From Octopus bimaculoides (taxonomy: Eukaryota): a stretch of DNA of 64,000 nucleotides. The stretch spans positions 22,350,745-22,414,744 of the forward strand of contig NC_068985.1 of assembly GCF_001194135.2 (NCBI RefSeq), given 5' to 3'. Position numbers and translations under genes: made by a program. This document shows, piece by piece, positions 59,657-64,000 of this stretch (position 1 is its first letter; the number at the start of each line of letters is the position of its first letter). Below the pieces are notes generated by a model. That model was not told where the DNA came from and searched no databases. It saw nothing but the letters and a program-made list of their open reading frames with translations.

Positions 59657-61244
59657 CTACAACAGAAAGAAATACATAAATAAATATTAAAATTACAGTA
59701 AGTTTAAGTAATAGATTCCTATTAAGGCTTGCATTTTTTTTTAACAAGACCAAATTTTATACAAGAGAAATATAATTAATTGATTTAGTACCGGCATCAA
59801 ACATATGGGGAAATGAGCTGGCAGTAACGTTAGTACGCCGGGTGAAATGCATAGCGGTATTTCGTCTGCCGTTACATTCTGAGTTCAAATTCCGCCGAGG
59901 TCAACTTTGCCTTTCATCCTTTTGGGGTCGATAAATTAAGTACCAGTTACGCACTGGGGTTGATGTAATCGACTTAATCCCTTTGTCAGTCCTTGTTTGT
60001 TCCCTCTATGTCTAGCCCCTTGTGGGCAATAAAGAAATAAGATATGGGGAAATGAGGTCAGAGTTGACAACTGAACTCAGAATGTTGAAGAAATAAATTG
60101 CTTACAGTAAACACCCATCCAATTTGAGGTTTTCTTAACCAGCTCTGGTGCCTCCATCCCCACACCAATAAGTATTATTATCTTGTTATATTGAATTATG
60201 TTCTCCAAATTCAGAGAAGAGATGGGTCAAGGTATTCTGCATACAAGAGGTAAGATGGAGAGGAGCTTCAGCTAGGGTCCTCACAGGCAAGGTACATAGG
60301 TATAAAATTTTCTGGCAAGGTAACATGGATGGAGTAGGCATACTCCTTGAGGAGAAATGGGTGGATAAAGTCATAGAGGATGTTAGGGTGTGCGATAGAG
60401 TGCTTAAGCTCAGGCTAGTCCTGAAGAATAGCTGAGACCCCCTTCGGTCATGACTGACCATGGGATTGCACCTAGAAAGTTACCCTCCAAGGCACAAGTC
60501 CGAGCAAGGTTGTTTATGGAAGACCAGCAGTCACCCATACATATCGGCCTCCCCTCTTCATGCCACCAGTGTTATCCAAGGGAAAGGCAAGGGGCTGATA
60601 CAGCTTGGCACCTGTGACGTTGCAACTCATTTCTACAGCTGAGTGAATTGGAGCAACGTGAAATAAAGTGTCTTGCTCAAGAACACAACATGCAGCCCAG
60701 TCTGGGATTCGAACACACAACCTCACGATCGTAAGCTCGACGCTCTAACCACAGAGCCATGTGCCTTTACAGAACAGCACAGCTACAATTATCTCAGCCT
60801 ACGCCCCACAAGCGAGACTACCAAATGATCAGAAGGACCTTCTGGGTTTGTTAATTTGCAAACTACATGGTGATCTCAGTAGTGCTGGTGGCATGTAAAG
60901 TGGTTGACATTAGGAAGGACACTCAGCTGTATAAACCATGCCAAAGCAGACACTGGAGTACAATGCAATTTTAGCTCATGCATTATATAGAAATTCCAAT
61001 TAATGATGTGTAATGCATGAGCTAAAACCAAAAAACTTTCTCATCTTGGAAACTGTACGTGATGTCAAAAAAACTAATTGTATATTTGAAAACAGCATTT
61101 AAAAACTACACTAAGTACATCTTGACATATGCTTGATGAAAAATACTTGTTGACCAGTGTTATTTGTTAAGTTAAATCAAACAATTAGAATGTGTAATAA
61201 AACTAAACCAATTAGCTTGTGGGAGAATCATGATTACCATTTAA

Positions 61245-61282
<38 letters not shown>

Positions 61283-63522
61283 TCATCATCGTTTAACGTC
61301 TATTGTCCATGCTGGAATGGGTTGGACGGTTTCACTGGCATCTCAAGCCAGGAGGCCGCACCAGGCTCCAATCTCATCTGGCAAAGTTTCTACAGCTGGA
61401 TGCCCTTCCTAACGCCAACCACTCCAAGGGTGTAGTGGGTGCTTTTTATGTGACACCAGCACAGGAGCCTGTCGGGGTGAGGGGGCTGGCATCAACCACG
61501 CTTGGATGGTGCTTCTTATGTGCCACCGGCATGGGAGCCAGTCAGGCGGTGCTGGCAATGACCCATGCATGAATGGTGCTTATTGTGTGCCACCAGCATG
61601 GGAGCTAGTCAGGCAGCACTGGCGTCAGCCACAACTACAATTTCCATTTGATTGTGGTATGATTTGATTTTGATACTATATAAATATAAATATATATATG
61701 TAGAAACTTTTTATTATTATTATAGTAACTTTTGCTTTATTTTGAGATAAAATTTGTGTGTGAAATGACTTACCTGCCCAGGTAAATGGTATTCCAGTCC
61801 AAATGTTCCCTACATCAATTGCAAGATAACAGAGAGCAAGCATGAAGAAAGCTAAGGAAGCTGCTGCAAAAATGTACGAGACAGACCTAAAAAACAAATG
61901 GAAATCTTGCTGAAAAACTTTAGAATAATTTCAGATTTATTGTTATTGATTAGCCTCAAGTCAACTCAGATTGAGAAGACCTATATTAAAAATTGTTCTG
62001 GCTTTCTAACTGAGGTCATTCTTATCAGTGGTAGGGATGTTAAATTAGAACCCTTTTCACTTAGTCCCTTGCCCCCAACATTAAATTAGACAAGTTTAAA
62101 TAGAAGTGTTTTAAATTTGTTAAACTCATTCCTTCATTAGACACTATTTTAGAAAGGCTTTTGGTGCTGTCATGTCTTAATGAATATACAGAACCATGTA
62201 GCATTGAAACAAATGAGGGAGCAAGTATCTTTAGTCATAGCATCGAGTTGACCAAAACCTCGAGACTGTAATTGGGTAGATGGAAAAAGTGTTGTTTGGT
62301 GCTAGACTTAATCCATCACTCAGTTTAAATTTAACACCTGGCCTTTGACTAGAGTTTGTTGCAAGAATTCAGGCCAGATCTCTCTAATCTGAGGATAACT
62401 TCCACCCAGCAATTTTAGAAACTCTGAAAGGAATTTTAAAGTTTTTTTTAGCAACCACCAGATTACAAACCATGGAACTCTAGAGACCTTCTGCAAAGTC
62501 AAAGAACGATAGAGTGGTCTGCTTTAAGAACTTCACCTGGAGTTGTCGCACTAAGAAGAGAACATTGGTAGTATTCTCTCCTGGCAATATTGCATCTCAA
62601 CTGATTCTCTTTCTAATTAGATGTGCTAATAACTTTTACTTTTGTAACTTGGTCCATTAATTTGATGCCTCTGTAGTTACTTCTTTCAAGAGCATCTCCT
62701 TTGCTTTTGTAGCAGCTGATGATGATACTGATAGATAACATCTCTCTGAATTACTTGATATACTAGGTAGTATCCTATTTCAGCAGCTATTTTTAGGATC
62801 ACAGCAGCTATCCCTGACAGCATATTCTTAATGATACTTTCAACTTTATAAACTAGGTTTAATTGAAGTAGCTCATCTCTTGTGCATTTTACTTATTCGG
62901 AAATTTCTCATAGTATTACCGCTTCTTTCTCTTCATGGCATCAGTGTGAGCAATGTGCATCACTTTCATACTGTATACACTTATCACCAACAACATTTTG
63001 CTTTGCAATCTGGAGCACCTTATGCCTATGCAGAACACTGACAAACTTCTTATTTTCAGCTTCTCTCTTTGGATAGGTCTGAAAGCATCTTGCCACTTGT
63101 CATGGTCCATTATCACCAGGCAAATGATAACTGAGGAAAATTGCCAATCTTTGTTGTTGTGTCAGAATTTTGACATGGTTTCCATAACCAGGTTCCGTTC
63201 CCAGCACCAACTACTCTACAGCATGAACTGTGAGTAATTTATCATACCACCCATATCAGTGGTTGTCTGTTACTGGACTAAAGAGACTCCTCTATCCTGT
63301 ATCAGCTTTTTTTTTTTAAATTCAGAGTTACTACTTTTCTTCATGGGTTGGTTGCACACTTCTTGTAGAATCAACATCTCTTCAATAAAATACTGAAACT
63401 GAGGTAAAATGATATAGTAAAAACGAAAGGTTTAAGTAAATATATACATACCAAAGATTTTTGTTGATGGGAATAACTCCCCCATCTCGTGAAGCTTCTG
63501 TTAAGGCCAATGCAATAGCACC
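59481..63522 (-). CDS. HGSNAT: Heparan-alpha-glucosaminide N-acetyltransferase, last three coding exons (gene continues beyond the window end)
   Basis: Spliced product GAIALALTEASRDGGVIPINKNLWSVSYIFAAASLAFFMLALCYLAIDVGNIWTGIPFTWAGMNAIVLYMGHEVF...FPVYW...; IPINKNLWS, WTGxPF and GMNxIxxYxGHE are HGSNAT C-terminal signatures. Confidence 0.93.
59815..60041 (+). mobile_element. Young SINE family M insertion in the last HGSNAT intron
   Basis: Flanked by ATATGGGGAAATGAG (59803-59817 / 60042-60056; a 12-15 bp TSD overlapping the truncated head); A-rich tail AATAAAGAAATAAG. Confidence 0.9.
60220..60430 (+). mobile_element. RTE LINE endonuclease fragment
   Basis: IQEVRWRGASARVLTGK...YKIFWQGN.DGVGILLEEKWVDKV...RVCDRVLKLRLV. 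Confidence 0.8.
60434..60767 (-). mobile_element. tRNA-headed SINE family B copy
   Basis: Reverse complement of 28971-29313; B box GTTCGAATCCC. Confidence 0.88.
61280..61640 (-). mobile_element. SINE-like family A copy
   Basis: CATCATCATCGTTTAACGTC tail and family A core. Confidence 0.8.
61774..61886 (-). CDS. HGSNAT: HGSNAT penultimate exon (113 nt)
   Basis: TTTTTAG acceptor, GTAAGT donor; SVSYIFAAAS...IWTGIPFTWA(G). Confidence 0.94.
62160..63250 (-). mobile_element. Decayed RTE LINE RT region
   Basis: SIIISCYKSKGDALERSNYRGIKLMDQVTK and RVPWFVIWWLLKK on minus. Confidence 0.85.
63452..63522 (-). CDS. HGSNAT: HGSNAT antepenultimate exon (71 nt)
   Basis: TTTTATAG acceptor, GTATGT donor; GAIALALTEASRDGGVIPINKNL(W). 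Confidence 0.92.
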
Positions 63523-64000
63523 CTATAAAATAGAAAGATTTGTATGTCAGATAAAACACACAGTTTCTATTTTTCTTTTGTTTGTTACTTGTTTATAGAT
63601 GTTTATCAGAAACAATAAATGAATTTTAAGTTTGCATCGAGCACTGAAACTTCGTAACAATACACATACACACACAAGTATAGAAATATAACAAAAGGGT
63701 GGAGGATATCAAACTTTAATAGTAGTCGATCACAACATTTGTTTCTGCACTACACACCAGCTTTAAATTGCAGAGTTTATAATCTATTCATAAACCATTA
63801 TAAAAGATCATTCTTTAAAGTTATTCACATGTGTATCTGGCCCTGGTATATATCCTACTGATAACATGTGGTAGCCAAATACCAAAACAAGATATGTATG
63901 TGTGTGTGTGTGTGTGTATATTTATATATATATATATTTATATTATTCTTAAACAAAAATGTTGCTGACAGTGACTTCAAAGTTTTGGCCAGCTAAGCCA

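Overview
AT-rich eukaryotic genomic DNA. The repeat landscape is typical of an octopod cephalopod (Octopus-like; species is inference). It holds one complete 26-exon lysosomal alpha-mannosidase gene (MAN2B1-like, GH38; + strand, CDS 5757-56330, 2991 nt, 996 aa + stop, all introns GT-AG with continuous phase, Zn ligands and both catalytic Asp present). Tail-to-tail with it are the last three coding exons of a heparan-alpha-glucosaminide N-acetyltransferase gene (HGSNAT; - strand, 59481-63522). The rest is transposon-derived: a 5'-deleted Gypsy-type LTR element with a recognisable 3' LTR, RTE, CR1-like and CRE-like LINE remnants, at least four SINE-like families, mariner and maT-like remnants, hAT and piggyBac-type MITEs and Helitron traces. 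The most unusual structure is a pair of ~200-bp palindromic MITEs filled with telomere-like TTAGGG repeats, with 8-bp target duplications, which bracket the mannosidase promoter region and exon 1. The mannosidase has also lost both cysteines of one conserved disulfide and carries substitutions in the SGAY active-site loop. Eight N gaps are present; none breaks the exon chain. Repeat boundaries are approximate unless a TSD or TIR is quoted.
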